The translations under genes and the position numbers were made by a program. The notes below the pieces were generated by a model. The model saw only the letters and a program-made list of their open reading frames with translations, was not told the DNA's origin and did not search any database. A stretch of DNA of 64,000 nt from Epithemia pelagica. Taxonomy: Eukaryota; Protista; Bacillariophyta. Location: positions 310,001-374,000 of the forward strand of contig OX337233.1 in assembly GCA_946965045.2 (NCBI GenBank), read 5' to 3'. This document shows, piece by piece, positions 11,271 to 23,678 of this stretch; positions within the stretch are counted from its first letter, which is position 1; the number at the start of each line of letters is the position of its first letter.

Positions 11271-12769
11271 ACAGAACCACTGGTATGTATATGGCTCCGA
11301 TCTATTTCTCTCTATCCCTGTGTTTTGCATCCATAGATTCTTCGTTCTTCGTGGGCGCTCGTGACTAGAGGATCTCTTTGCAATCCTACTTGTCGAGCCT
11401 CTGCTTTCAATAACCACAACTACTCTTCTTACAAAGGGACCCATGGGATGGTGATGTTGTTTACAGGAAACACGAGATTCCATGTACCAATCATTGCTGA
11501 TCTTTTTGAGGATGAATGCGGTAAATCAGAAGAGTACTCGATATCACCCTGTTTGCATTGGTCCATGGTGGATCGCTCGGGTTTTGTTGCTCATGTAGCG
11601 TTAGGATTTTGTTGCGAAGAAGACAAACTGGAGGGACCACTTGGTTGATCGAGAGAGTCTCACCAACAACGATTGTACACCACCAGCATAAATGTGGGGT
11701 CTTGGGGAGGTAGACAAGCTTGCAGAGGGAGTTTTGTGGATGAGGAATGACGCATCGTCAACGCTTCTGCATCCTCGGTGCTACCACTTTTGTGGAATGG
11801 TCGTTGTTGTTCTCCCTTGTTCCATTTCATTCAAAGCGCCTTCATATGGTTGGTCTTTTTCCTTGCGACAATCTTCGTAGTCTTTCACCAAGAAAAGGAA
11901 GAAGAGAAGTACATGCCTCGTCACTGGCAGAGTCTCATAAATTGCTCGTAACGAACGATTCCATGGTTTCCCATGGAGTGTGGCAGTAGGTTCTATTGTA
12001 GAGTGGTCGTCTTGGCGACGAGAGCAATTGTCAGTTTTGTCCGCTCCTTTTTCGAATAGAGGAAAGAGTGGAACTGCTCGTCTCGGTCGGCGCGCCTGTG
12101 AGCACAGGACAGAATAGTGTGACAGGGCTGGTCTTGGTCGGCGCGCCTCTGCGAGCCATTCCTTTGTCCTCATTCCGCGACCAAGATTTTGGGGGAGGGG
12201 GACTCCACATCAGTTTGGGGGAATATCCATTGAAACGAACGACAAAAAGATAAAAGATACCATCAGCACCGCCGTCGTCGCCGTCTTTGGCTTCGGAGAT
12301 TGACCTTTTCACGCCTTCTGGCAGCCTTTCTGCTGTGACTTGCTCTCATGTCTCCCGTGGAGAAAGACTCTAAAGAAGACTCTAACCAGATGAACGATGA
12401 ACATACTCAATGACAACTTTCATCGCAACAAGCTAGAAATCGTACCTTGGCTTTCGATTCGCAACAGGAGGTCTAGTGCAACAAAAAACAGAACAACAAA
12501 AAGAAGAGCACTAGGGCGATGGTATGCTTCCTCATCCACATGTCTTTCGTGGAACGAGGATCAACAACAAGACCACGCAAATCTCTTTATATTGTGGCAC
12601 CGCATGGCAGTCTGGTCGCCAATTATGTGGACCCTTTCTCGACATGACACCATGAGGACCTGCTGAATCGATCACAAAGTCGCCCCATTGGAGGTAGTTG
12701 CGCCGGTGACGAGGAGCGCAGTACTATGGATTGAAGTATGGAACGCTATTCAACTCCCTCCCGACGCGT

Positions 12770-13500
12770 CCGATTGGAGTAGTGAAGAATTGATCATGGG
12801 AAAGGGTGGCATCGCCCCTTCAAGCCTGCATACGAAGATTCAAGCTGGGTGTTGATGTGGAACGACAAGGCAGCAACACCAACCAGAATCCAACGAAGAA
12901 GAACAACGACAACAAAACAAGTTCTAGTAGACTACAGCCAAGGCATGATCGGCGCGGGTCGTGGTTTTGGTGGTGCTGTACGAGGCACAAACGTTGTAGT
13001 GGTCCATGTCCAACAGTGCTGTTCGACAGTGTTGCAATCGTGCAACAAGGTTTCGGCGGAACTGGCATTGAGGGGCAAGACATAACCTTGCACACTGCGA
13101 TTGTTCTTGTGGATCCCCATGGACTGATACCCATGGACTGTCAACGAGCCACTACGGAGAGACTGATTGCTGGATCGACGCAATCAATTTGCCGACCTCA
13201 TGATAAAGTAAAGTTGCTGTATTGGAGAAAATATCGAACACACGTCGGTGTCACAAATTCCAAAGGGGCATGGGCCATAGAAGGACCGGACCCCACAGCT
13301 TAACGCATGGTCGACCGTCCAAACGAGTCACTGCGCCAAGCGTTGACGGCGCGCAACCATAATCCTCCACAGCATGATAACTCGACCTTTTCAACAGCAG
13401 AGAGGCATGGTCCCATGGACATCTACCCAAGGACTGGCTCCACTATGGTGTAACTTTACAATGGAGTACATGATATCTCAATAATAGTTCGCAATGTCAT
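12770..13500 (+). repeat. Dispersed repeat unit X, copy 2
   Basis: Homology to 900-1900 and 21120-21930; lies 3' of K3. Confidence 0.65.
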
Positions 13501-13558
13501 GAAGAAAACAATACATCTACGGTTTGAGAACTGACATACATGCAATACGGAGCAGATT

Positions 13559-14770
13559 TCAAGTTTCATCCTCTCCTTTATCACCGAGGTGAGTATTGGA
13601 CCTTGCGCGTTTACAAGCTAATGTCGATGTGGAGAAGGGTGAGATATAAGCATCTCGGATACCCATACCTTCAAGAGAATGATACCATCCGTTCGATTGC
13701 TGCTCACAGAGTCGACGAAAACACCATGCATTCTTGTCCATTAATGGGAATGTCGCACAGGTAGGATTGCGATATCCACCAATCACGGCAACTTGATTGG
13801 AAACAGTCACCATATTGCAGCCAACACGGTGATTTCCGAATGGTGGAAGATTCCACACGTGGTTGCGCTTCGTATCCAAGACTTCCACGGTTGAATTGAA
13901 CCATCCTCCTGCAACAACCAGACAAGATCCCACGGCAACCATTGCACAAGAACTTCGTGCATTGGAAAGCACCAAATCAGAATTAGTGATCCAGGTGGAC
14001 GAGAAAGTACTCAATGTCAAGCCAGTCTGCTTCTTTGTCTCTTCATTGTCACCAGGCTTTGAAAATTCCAAATACTCCACCGAGTCAAGATAGTCAACAT
14101 TGTTTTGGCCTCCAACTACAAACATGCGGTGACCAATGACTGCACTGGCACACCATTGTCGTGGAACAGTCATGGATGGTCCAGCAGTGACAATGTGATT
14201 GTTGGTATCAATAATATCCACTGACGACAAATAGCGATGGTTGCAATAGCCACCCAACACAATGATGTATCGGTTGTGAACCGCAACAGCACAACATCCA
14301 TTTCTTGTCGTTGATAATCGGCATGTCAATGTCGTCCAAGGGCTCTCCTGTGTGGTGCTGGATATCAAAGATGATCGCAGCAAATCCTTAACGTCAATTC
14401 TTTCGATACAATTCAACGAACCTTGATTGTATCCTCCCATCACGTAGACGCCTCCGTTGCAAACAACAGCGGTATGTTCATCACGTGCCTTGTTCATGGG
14501 TGGCCCTTCTCGCCACTGCTTGTTCTCGCCCTCCAAAGTCATAACAAGAACGGAGTTGGTAGTATCATATTCTTCGTTGACTCCTCCCAGCACGACGACC
14601 GTTTGTCCCTTGTTGTCGTTGTGGAGTTCCTTTTCGGGATGATCAATTACGACCGTAGCATGATGCCGGCGCCATCCACCCTCCAGCGGCGGCCAATCGT
14701 TTTCATTCCATTCTGCTGTCTCGTCTGAAAGGAAAAGGCCCGACTGCCATGCTTGTTCTTTCAGAGTCAT
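13559..14770 (-). CDS. Kelch-repeat protein (K3)
   Basis: ATG 14770 (MTLKEQAWQSG); frame open to 14968; full set of blades; CKRAR tail. Confidence 0.9.
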   Translation of the reverse strand: MTLKEQAWQSGLFLSDETAEWNENDWPPLEGGWRRHHATVVIDHPEKELHNDNKGQTVVVLGGVNEEYDTTNSVLVMTLEGENKQWREGPPMNKARDEHTAVVCNGGVYVMGGYNQGSLNCIERIDVKDLLRSSLISSTTQESPWTTLTCRLSTTRNGCCAVAVHNRYIIVLGGYCNHRYLSSVDIIDTNNHIVTAGPSMTVPRQWCASAVIGHRMFVVGGQNNVDYLDSVEYLEFSKPGDNEETKKQTGLTLSTFSSTWITNSDLVLSNARSSCAMVAVGSCLVVAGGWFNSTVEVLDTKRNHVWNLPPFGNHRVGCNMVTVSNQVAVIGGYRNPTCATFPLMDKNAWCFRRLCEQQSNGWYHSLEGMGIRDAYISPFSTSTLACKRARSNTHLGDKGEDET

Positions 14771-16823
14771 GTTCACTCTTCCTTCTGTTGACCGCAGCGC
14801 ATTTATGACACTGACTGTTGTGTAGATTGCAGTGGGCTGCTCTGATGGGTGTGGACTGAAGAAGAGTAACCTTACTATACTAGCCCCCAGCGGGGGAATC
14901 AAGAGGATTAGTGACTCAGTGATTAAAACACAGAAAGCACGACACACACGCGACACCCTGACATTCATGCCCGATCGGAGGTAGGAGTTTGAGTACTACA
15001 CGTGGACGTGGAAGCTTTGGAGCCAGTGCTTCTGTTGGATACGAAGCGTATGTTGGCCAAAGAGATTCTAATAGAATCGACAACCAAAACAAAACATAGA
15101 AGTTTAATTCAACCACTGTCGACCCAGTTGTGTCAGTCCAGAGACTGCTTCCTTCCCCTTGATTGTCAAGGAGGGTTCATTCGTTCTTCACAAGACGACG
15201 GACGAGGAATGTCGAGAAGCAGCAACCAACCATGCTCCATTTCCAAAAACAACCATAAGAGAAGCGGACTACAGGGTCCACAAGGTTTTTGGCTTGTCGT
15301 GTTTTTCGTCGTACTGCTTCTCTCATCATCAGACATTGGAATCCACCCGTTTCGTCCTTTTGTCGGATTCATTGACCACAAGAGACCATGAACCAAGCCA
15401 CACAAGGAGCACGACCAACAGATGTCGAAACTCCTGGCTTGTGTGGGAAAGGAGCAATGGCAACACAGTCACTCGATTGTACTACGATAATGCCGACAAC
15501 AACAAGAACAACAACCACAGTTTCACCCAAACAACAACAATGGGAACAGCCGCCCTGCTCGTTCGTTGAGCAGCACGACACGAAGAGCAAATTCAGCAGG
15601 ACCCAAACAACAACAATTGTCGCATGCACAACAGAGGCATCCCGTTTTGTCCTCCCTCTCGTGATTTCCACTGCTAAGGAATGAATGGTTTTGATCGTTG
15701 TAACGAAAACTGATGGACCAAATGACGACTTCCACGACCAGTTGGTTATTTTTGAACACGGCCCACCAGCACCACAAACAGAAACCACCATCATAGTATA
15801 GCACTGCAACTTCTTGTACCGTATCGAGTGACTTGTGGCTCCAAGAAGGAGGAACCAAGCACCACCCATGTCATCAAGAACACGAGTCGATAGCGACCAT
15901 GACACCACATCACAGGCACAAACTCCAGCCACCACCACATGAACCAGAGTGTTATAAAAACCAAATCACAAGCCAACGAACGAAACAAGAAATCATGCAA
16001 GGCCAATAGCCGATGCGGATTCTTCCGCTTTGTAGTAGGGCAAGCACTGATTCCATCCTTTTTTCACCAAAGAGTTGTTGTTAACACCAGCACCGAAGCA
16101 GAAGCAGAACAGTAAGAACATTATCCAGGTTCATATACAGACGAGGGCGATGATGCAACAAGGACTACACATGCTTCTTTACTCAAACCAGACAAGAATC
16201 TCGCCAATACCGCAACCGATTACTGCAGAGAGTCTCCCTCGGCGCTGTTCAAGTATTGTTGGGATGGTAACATATGATCCGCCAATGGTCGTGGTCAACA
16301 GCAAAATTGCGTCGTAGCAACAGCATCCCAAGCCAAGAAACGACAGAATGGAAAATGGAAGACTCTTGACAGTCATAGCACCCGCCATGTCAAGAAACAT
16401 GTATGGATTTGCCCTGTCACGAACAGGAAACTACTCTGCACTATTCAATCGTAATGAACACAAAATGGCGAGGACAAACCGCCCTTGACAACGAGATCGA
16501 TGCGAAACTCTCCCTTTCTGGAATGCACCACTGCTGGATTTGTGTCCCTGCCATATAGCTCCCGATCCATGGACGATGACTCTGCGTCCTGCAAAGTGCC
16601 ATGATGCCACCACAAAGCCCCAGATTCTTGTCTTACCGTCGCTCATCTATGCTGGTGGCATTACCACTTTTGTCGAGACACAAGAATTTGGTCGCTTCTT
16701 CCACGCCTTAGACAAAAAACAAGCACGTTCTATCTTGCAACATACTGTTTCGACTTCTTTTGAGTCTACACTTATAATACTAGGTCCTAGGATTGCAATA
16801 GAACGTAGAAAACAAGTCAACCA

Positions 16824-17846
16824 CTAGAGAAATAAACGGCTAGAGGCTTGATCCTTCTCTTTGTCACCATGGAGCGTATTGGGCCTTGCGTGTTTACCAG
16901 CTGACTTCGATGTGAAGAAGGGTGAGATATCCTCATCTCGGATATCCGCACCTTCAAGAGAACGATACCATCCGTTCAATTGGTGCTCACAGAGTTGTCG
17001 AAAACACCACGAATTCTTGTCCAGTAGTGGTAATGTTGCACAGGTAGGATTGTATCCACCACCAATCACGGCAACTTGATTGGCAACAGTCACCAGACTG
17101 CAGCCCCTGCGGAAATTACGAAATGGAGCGAGATTCCATCCGAGGTTGCGGTGTGTATCCAAGACTTGCACGGTTAAATTCGTCCTTCCTCCCACCACCA
17201 CCAGACAAGATCCCACGGGAACCACTGCACAAGAACTTCGTGCATCGGAAAGCACCAACTCAGAATGAGTGGTCCAAGGGGATGAGAAAGAAAAGAATGT
17301 AGAGCCAGTCTCAGGCTTTGAAAATTCCAAATACTCCACCGAGTCAAGAAAGTCATCATCCTTTTGGCCTCCAACGACAAAGATGCGGTGACCAATGACC
17401 GCACTGGCACAAAAATGTCGTGGAACAGTCATGGATGGTCCCACAGTGACGGTGTGGTGCGTGGTATCAATAATATCCATCGACGAAAAATAACCCATGT
17501 TCCAGCCACCTATTACAACGATGTATCGGTTCTGAATCGCAACAGCACCACATCGTGATCGTCCCGTTGATAACCGACAGTTTAATCTTGTCCAATGGCT
17601 CGCACGTGTGCTGCTTGATGTCGAAGATGATTGCAGCAAATCATTGGAATCAATTCGTTCCATACAATCCAGATTCACTCCATTGTTTCCTCCCATCACG
17701 TAGACGCCGTCATTGCACACAACAGCGGCATGTCCATAACGTCTCTTGTTCATGGATGGCCCTTCGCGCCACTGCTTGTTTGATTCTGCTAAATTCAATA
17801 CAAGCACGGAATTGGTGACACATTGGCCTTGTCCAGTCACGAACAC
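16824..17846 (-). pseudogene. 5'-truncated Kelch gene (K4)
   Basis: Kelch homology begins mid blade 1 (GQGQCVTNSVLVL at about 17834). The EQAWQ/WPPLEGG N-terminus is missing and is replaced by the 3' flank of K5. No ATG start. Confidence 0.75.
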
Positions 17847-18274
17847 TAAGAGTACTCTTCACTACTCAATAGTAGTGGACACAAAATGGCGACCAACCGT
17901 ATTGCCCTTGGCTACGAAATCGATGCGAAACTCGTCCTTTCTAGAGTGCACCACTGTCGGCTTCCGGCGTCCCTTGACGGCAACCGATCCATGGACCATG
18001 TCTCTGTGTCCTACAAAGTGTCAAAATGCCACCACAAAGCCCTGGCACTACCACTTTAAGAGACAAAAAATTGGTCGTTCTTTCCACATCTTTGACAACA
18101 AACAAGCACCCTCTTTCTTGCAACATGTTCTTTCTACTTTTGAGTAACTACCTACTAGGTTCTAAGATTGCAATCGAATGTAGAAAACAAGTCAACCACT
18201 CGAGAAATAAACGGCTAGGCTTCATCATTCCCTCTATCATTTTGGCATGTATTGGGCCTTGCTCGTTTACGAGC

Positions 18275-19414
18275 TCATGCCGAGGTGAAGAAGGGTGAGA
18301 TATCATCATCTCGAATACCCACACCTTCAAGAGAATGATGCCATCCGTTCGGTTGCTGCTCACAGAGTCGACGAAAACACCACGAATTTCTATCCAGAAG
18401 TGGTAATGTTGCACAGGAAGGATTGCGGAGTCCACCAATCACGGCAACTTGATTGGCAACAGTCACCATACTGCAGCCATTGCGGTGATTCACGAATGGT
18501 GGGAGATTCCACATGCAGTTGTGATGCGTATCCAAGACCTCCACGGATGATTCGTATCCTCCAGTCACCACTAGACAAGATCCCACGGCAACCATTGCAT
18601 AACAACTTCGTGCATTGGAAAGCCTCAACTCCGACTGAGTGATCCAAGTGGACGAGAAAGACATGAACGTCGAGCCTATCTCCTTTTCTGTCTCATCATT
18701 GTCAAAGGGTGTTGCATAGTCCAAATACTCCACCGAGTCAAGATATTCATTACCGTTCCAACCTCCAACGACAAAGATGCGGTGGCCAATCACCGCACTG
18801 GCACACCATTTTCGTGGAACAGTCATGCTTGGTCCCTCAGTGACAGTGTGGTTGTTTGTATTTATAATATCCACTGGCGACAAATCATGATCGCTGTAGC
18901 CACCCATTACAACGATGTATCGGTTGTGCACCGCAACAGCACAACATCCATGTCGTCCCTTTGATAATCGACAGCTTAATCTCGTCCAATTACTCGCATG
19001 TGTGGTGCTTGATGTAAAAGATGATTCCAGCACATCATTGGCATCAATTCGTTCCATACAATTCAAACATGAACCTTCAGAGAATCCTCCAATCACGTAA
19101 ATGCCTCCATTGCACACAACAGCGGCATGTCCAGAACGTTTCTGGTGCATGGGTGGACCTTCCCGCCACTGCTTGTTTGATTCTGCCAAGTTTAATACAA
19201 GAACGGAATCAAGCACGCCTTGGCCTTGTTGAAATCCGCCCAACACGACGACGGTTTGTTCCTTGTTGTTGTCGGTATGAGTCAGTACGATCGAAGCATG
19301 ACGCTCTCGCCATCCACCCTCAAGAGGAGGCCAGTTGTTCTCATTCCATTCTGCTGTCCCGTCTGAAAGGACAAGGCCCGACTGCCATGCTTGTTCTTTC
19401 AGTGCCGTGGTCAT
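18275..19414 (-). CDS. Kelch-repeat protein (K5) with premature stop removing the basic C-terminal tail
   Basis: ATG 19414 (MTTALKEQAWQ). Ends PFFTSA*, and the frame after TGA continues ARKRAR. Confidence 0.85.
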   Translation of the reverse strand: MTTALKEQAWQSGLVLSDGTAEWNENNWPPLEGGWRERHASIVLTHTDNNKEQTVVVLGGFQQGQGVLDSVLVLNLAESNKQWREGPPMHQKRSGHAAVVCNGGIYVIGGFSEGSCLNCMERIDANDVLESSFTSSTTHASNWTRLSCRLSKGRHGCCAVAVHNRYIVVMGGYSDHDLSPVDIINTNNHTVTEGPSMTVPRKWCASAVIGHRIFVVGGWNGNEYLDSVEYLDYATPFDNDETEKEIGSTFMSFSSTWITQSELRLSNARSCYAMVAVGSCLVVTGGYESSVEVLDTHHNCMWNLPPFVNHRNGCSMVTVANQVAVIGGLRNPSCATLPLLDRNSWCFRRLCEQQPNGWHHSLEGVGIRDDDISPFFTSA

Positions 19415-21119
19415 GGTTCCACACAATGACAGCAGCGAATTTATGAGGAGGATCGAAAGGCATCAGTTTTGATGCTGTGATGGATGCGGACTGATGGAAC
19501 ATCAACTCAAAATTTTCTGAACTACGCGTGGAAGCATTTGAGCCAGAGTGTCTGTCGTAGGTACGCAATCTTGGGCAAGAGTGGGTCGCACATATAATGC
19601 ATGACAGAACAAAACAGCAGATTCGAATTCATAGATCCAGCAAAACAAGAAAGATGGACAAGACGGCGCATGATCATCATATTTTCTTCGTTGACCAAGT
19701 GTACCGAATTCGAGCTATGGGAGTGGTGCTGTTCTCTTCGAAAGAGAGAATGAAGGACGGCAGGAGCAACAACACTACCAACACAACGTGGTCTCTGCAA
19801 GGGATTCGAATCCATTCCGTGTCATGAAACGTTCGCGTGGTTATCCTTCTCCGTTTGCTCGTCTTGTTTCCGGTCGTCTATGAGCAGCAAAACGGCTGAG
19901 ATCCTGATTGACGCACGACAAAAGGGCAACCACCTCTATTTCCTTTTCGGCAACAACAATAACATCCTCCTTATCAACAACTACCACTACTCGTCCTCCT
20001 TTGGTAGTCGGCTTACCCATACAAGCCATGGAAGCTTGGTGTCTCATGACACAGTGTCACGTGACGAGTATCTGTCATCCCTAATGGTGGAATCCATCAT
20101 CACGCCTCCTCCCAAAATCATGGGATCCTCCAATCCACACAATCAGGAATTGGAATTCGACAAACGGAGAGTGATACAATTCATGACTTCAACAAGACCA
20201 TTTGGTATCATTTCTTGAAACAGGCTCCTCCTATACGTGCGGAAAGCTAATGTCTTTGGGATATTTTCGGTGCCCGCGGATTTGTGATTGGTATGCGCCA
20301 ACCACTGTCCGAACGAGCTTGGTCTGTGAAAGGACAGCCTTGGGAGACTACTGCTCTTATTGGTGGGACACGAGAGTGTCAACGACTCTTGCGCACCGCA
20401 TCCATCCCGATTGGCTGCAACCGTGGGAGACTACATCTCTGGGAGGACCGCAAGCAAATGCGTCTTGAGAAGAGTTTCAACCGTTGGTAGTGCGAGTGGA
20501 GGACGCACAGCAATGGTTTCCTGGTGTGGATGGGATTGGACGACGAACGACGACGCTGGGGCTATTCTTGAGCCACATGTGGAACGATTGTTGGTTCGAG
20601 GCCGTCCAGGGACAGCCACCAAAATACTAGAGGGATGCCCCATCTTGCCCGTCGAATATACTCCTTTGCGCAGAAAGTCTTGGTCCGGAACTCCAAACAC
20701 AACAAGCATGTAATACACACGTTCGACAATGTATACATTGTCACAACTTCTCCTTGAAACAGGTTGAGTGGCAGGCAGTACCTTCCTGGTTGTCGCCCAT
20801 ACTGCTGTCCATTCGAACGCGACCCACACGTTCATTCTTCTTCTTGTGTGGTTCCAGCATATGCGCATCACGGATGAAGATTCGACTCGAACCTGTGGTT
20901 GGAGGTTGAACACCACAACAAGACCTTGTGTACAAAAGCGGGTAAAGGTATGAATTTTCTTTCAACGAGGTCGGAGCGGTAATTCAATAGTGACCTCTCA
21001 AGCTACCCTTGCTCGCTGGACGGGCGTGACCTTGGTTCTTTGTCGGTATCTCTTTCAACCATTGATCGTCTTCAAAGACGACGCTGAACGTTTGGATGCC
21101 TATCGTGTTTGCCGGCTCC

Positions 21120-21930
21120 ACACACCAGTGAAGAATTGATCATGGGAAAGAGTCACATCGCCCTTTCAAGTCTAATACATACGAAGATTCAAGCTGGTTG
21201 TCGGTGTGGAACGACAAGGCAGCAACACCAACCAGAATCCAACAAAGAAGAAGAAGAACAAGCAGTTCTAGTAGACTACAGCCAAGACATGATCGGCGGC
21301 AGTCGTGGTCGTGGTTTTGTGGTGTTGTACGAGGCACAAAGCTTGTACTGGTCAATGTCCAACGCTGCTGTTCGACAGTGTTGTAATCGTGCAACAAGGT
21401 TTCGACGGAACTGGCATTGAGGGGCAAGACATAACTTTGCACACTACGATTGTTCTTGTTGATCCCCATGGACCGATACCCATGGGCTGTCAACGAGCCA
21501 CTACAGAGAGACTGATTGCTGGATCGACGCAAGCAAATTGCTGACCTCATCATAAAGACTTCACAAAGACTAGTTGCTGTAGTGGAGGAAATATCGAACA
21601 CTTCGGTGGCAAAAATTCCAAAGGGTTCTGTCACCCGAAACCACAAGCATCGAGAGACGGGGTACTGTCCTCTCACGTAGGCGTTAGCCATAGAAAGCCC
21701 GGACTCCACAATTGAACGCATGGTCGACCGTCCAAACGAGTCGCTGCGCCAAGTGTTGCAGGCACGCAACCATAATTTTCCACAGCATGATAAGTCGACC
21801 TAGTTAACTTCAGAGAGGCATGGTACCATGGACATCTACCCGAGGCCTGGCTCCACTCCTGTTTGCGGTGTCATGCCGGATGGTGTAACCTTCGTTTTCT
21901 ACTAGTACAAAGGTGTATGTGATATCTCTA
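21120..21930 (+). repeat. Dispersed repeat unit X, copy 3
   Basis: Homology to 12770-13500; lies 3' of K6. Confidence 0.65.
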
Positions 21931-22036
21931 GAGGTCGCAATGCCATGAAGAATACAGTACACCAACTGTTTGAGAGTAAAATGATAATGCTACAGTTCCG
22001 CTATTGTTAGGACATACATGCAATACGTTGCAAATT

Positions 22037-23224
22037 TCAAGTTTCATCCTTTCCTTCATCACCACGGCGTGTATCGGGCCTTGCTCGTTTATGAGCTGAT
22101 GTCGAGGCGGAGAAGGGTGAATTATCAGCAAGTTGGATATTCCTTCCTTCCCGAAATAGACAACATCTGTCGATCTGATGCTCAAAGAGTCGTCGAAAAC
22201 ACCACGTATGCTTGTCCAGTAGTGGTAATGTCGCACAGGCAGAACTGCCAAAACCACTTATCACGGCAACATGATTGGCAACAATCGCCATACTGAAGTG
22301 ATCGCGGCGATTTCCGAATGGTGGGAGATTCCACACACGGTTGCGGTGCGTATCCAAGACGTCCACGGTTGAATCGCCTAGTCCTCCGGCCACTACCAAA
22401 CAGGATCCCACGGTAACCACTGCACAAGAACTTCGTGCATTGGAAAGCACCATATTAGAATGAGCGGTCCAGGTCGACGAGAAAGAAATGAACGTCGAGC
22501 CAGTTTCCTTTTTTGTCTCTTCATTGTCACCAGGCTTTGAAAATTCCAAATACTCCACCGAGCGTCCTGTGTAGCCTCCAACGGAGAAGATGCGGTTACC
22601 AATGACCACACTAGCACAATATGATCGAGGAATATTCATGCTTGGTCCCGCAGTGACAGTGTGGTTGTTTGTATCTATAATATCCACTGACGACAAATCA
22701 TGATCGTTGTAGCCGCCCATTACAACGATGTATCGGTTGTGAACCGCGACAGCACAACATCCAAACCGTCGCGTTGATAATCGACATGTCAATGTCGTCC
22801 AATTACTCGTATGTGTGGTGCTTGCTGTTAAAAATGGTTGTAGTATATCGTTCGCATCAATGCGTTCGATACAATCCAAAGTTGCTGTATTGCGACCTCC
22901 CATCACGTAGACGCCGCCATTGCACAAAACAGCGGCATGTCCTCGACGACTCTTGTTCATTGGTGGCCCCTCTCGCCACTGCTTGTCTGGGTCTGCCAAA
23001 TTTAATACAAGAATGGAATTGACCTCGCCATAACCTGTTCGATATCCGCCCAACACGACGACGGTTTGTTCCGTCTTGTTATCGGGATGATCGAGAACGA
23101 CCGAAGCATGATAGTAACGCCATCCACCCTCAAGAGGAGGCCAGTCCTCGAAATTCCATTCAGGTGTCTCGTCTAACAAAACAAGGCCCGACTGCCATGC
23201 TTGTTCTTTCATCGTCGTGGCCAT
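22037..23224 (-). CDS. Kelch-repeat protein (K6), head-to-head with the intact LRR-TIR gene
   Basis: ATG 23224 (MATTMKEQAWQ); frame open to 23416; HKRAR tail. Confidence 0.9.
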   Translation of the reverse strand: MATTMKEQAWQSGLVLLDETPEWNFEDWPPLEGGWRYYHASVVLDHPDNKTEQTVVVLGGYRTGYGEVNSILVLNLADPDKQWREGPPMNKSRRGHAAVLCNGGVYVMGGRNTATLDCIERIDANDILQPFLTASTTHTSNWTTLTCRLSTRRFGCCAVAVHNRYIVVMGGYNDHDLSSVDIIDTNNHTVTAGPSMNIPRSYCASVVIGNRIFSVGGYTGRSVEYLEFSKPGDNEETKKETGSTFISFSSTWTAHSNMVLSNARSSCAVVTVGSCLVVAGGLGDSTVDVLDTHRNRVWNLPPFGNRRDHFSMAIVANHVAVISGFGSSACATLPLLDKHTWCFRRLFEHQIDRCCLFREGRNIQLADNSPFSASTSAHKRARPDTRRGDEGKDET

Positions 23225-23678
23225 GGTTTCACAAAATGACTGCAGCAAATTTATGGGGATCGAGACACTGTCTTGTAAGAGGCACGTAGGTTTGCTCTTT
23301 CGTTGCGATGCTGATGCTGACGGGTACGGACTGGAAGCACGACTGACTTGACGAAAAGGATGGACCGAAGATGAGTCGCTTTCGTCACAAGACAAATCGT
23401 GACCGTAGCCACGCAATGAAGAAGATCACGCACTCTTGTTCGGAGTACCGTAGAAGTTTTATTGGATACCGGAATAAACTAGCATCCCAAATTTCAAATT
23501 TGAATCGTGACGCCAACCACCAACTGTCATTTCGACGCCGGCCCTTCCAATGGAAGGATTACTTAGACGCGTGGCAGGTGAGACGGGCGGTAGACTTCAC
23601 ACAGTAGAGTTAAGGTTTAGTCTGTCTGCTGTCCTTGTTTCTGCGGACCTCTAATGGCGAATTTGTTCCATCCTGCTA

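Noticed and set aside
19840-20960. Possible WD40-like fragments (e.g. IGCNRGRLHLWED)
   Set aside because: Motifs are scattered over different frames and too weak to call without a profile search.
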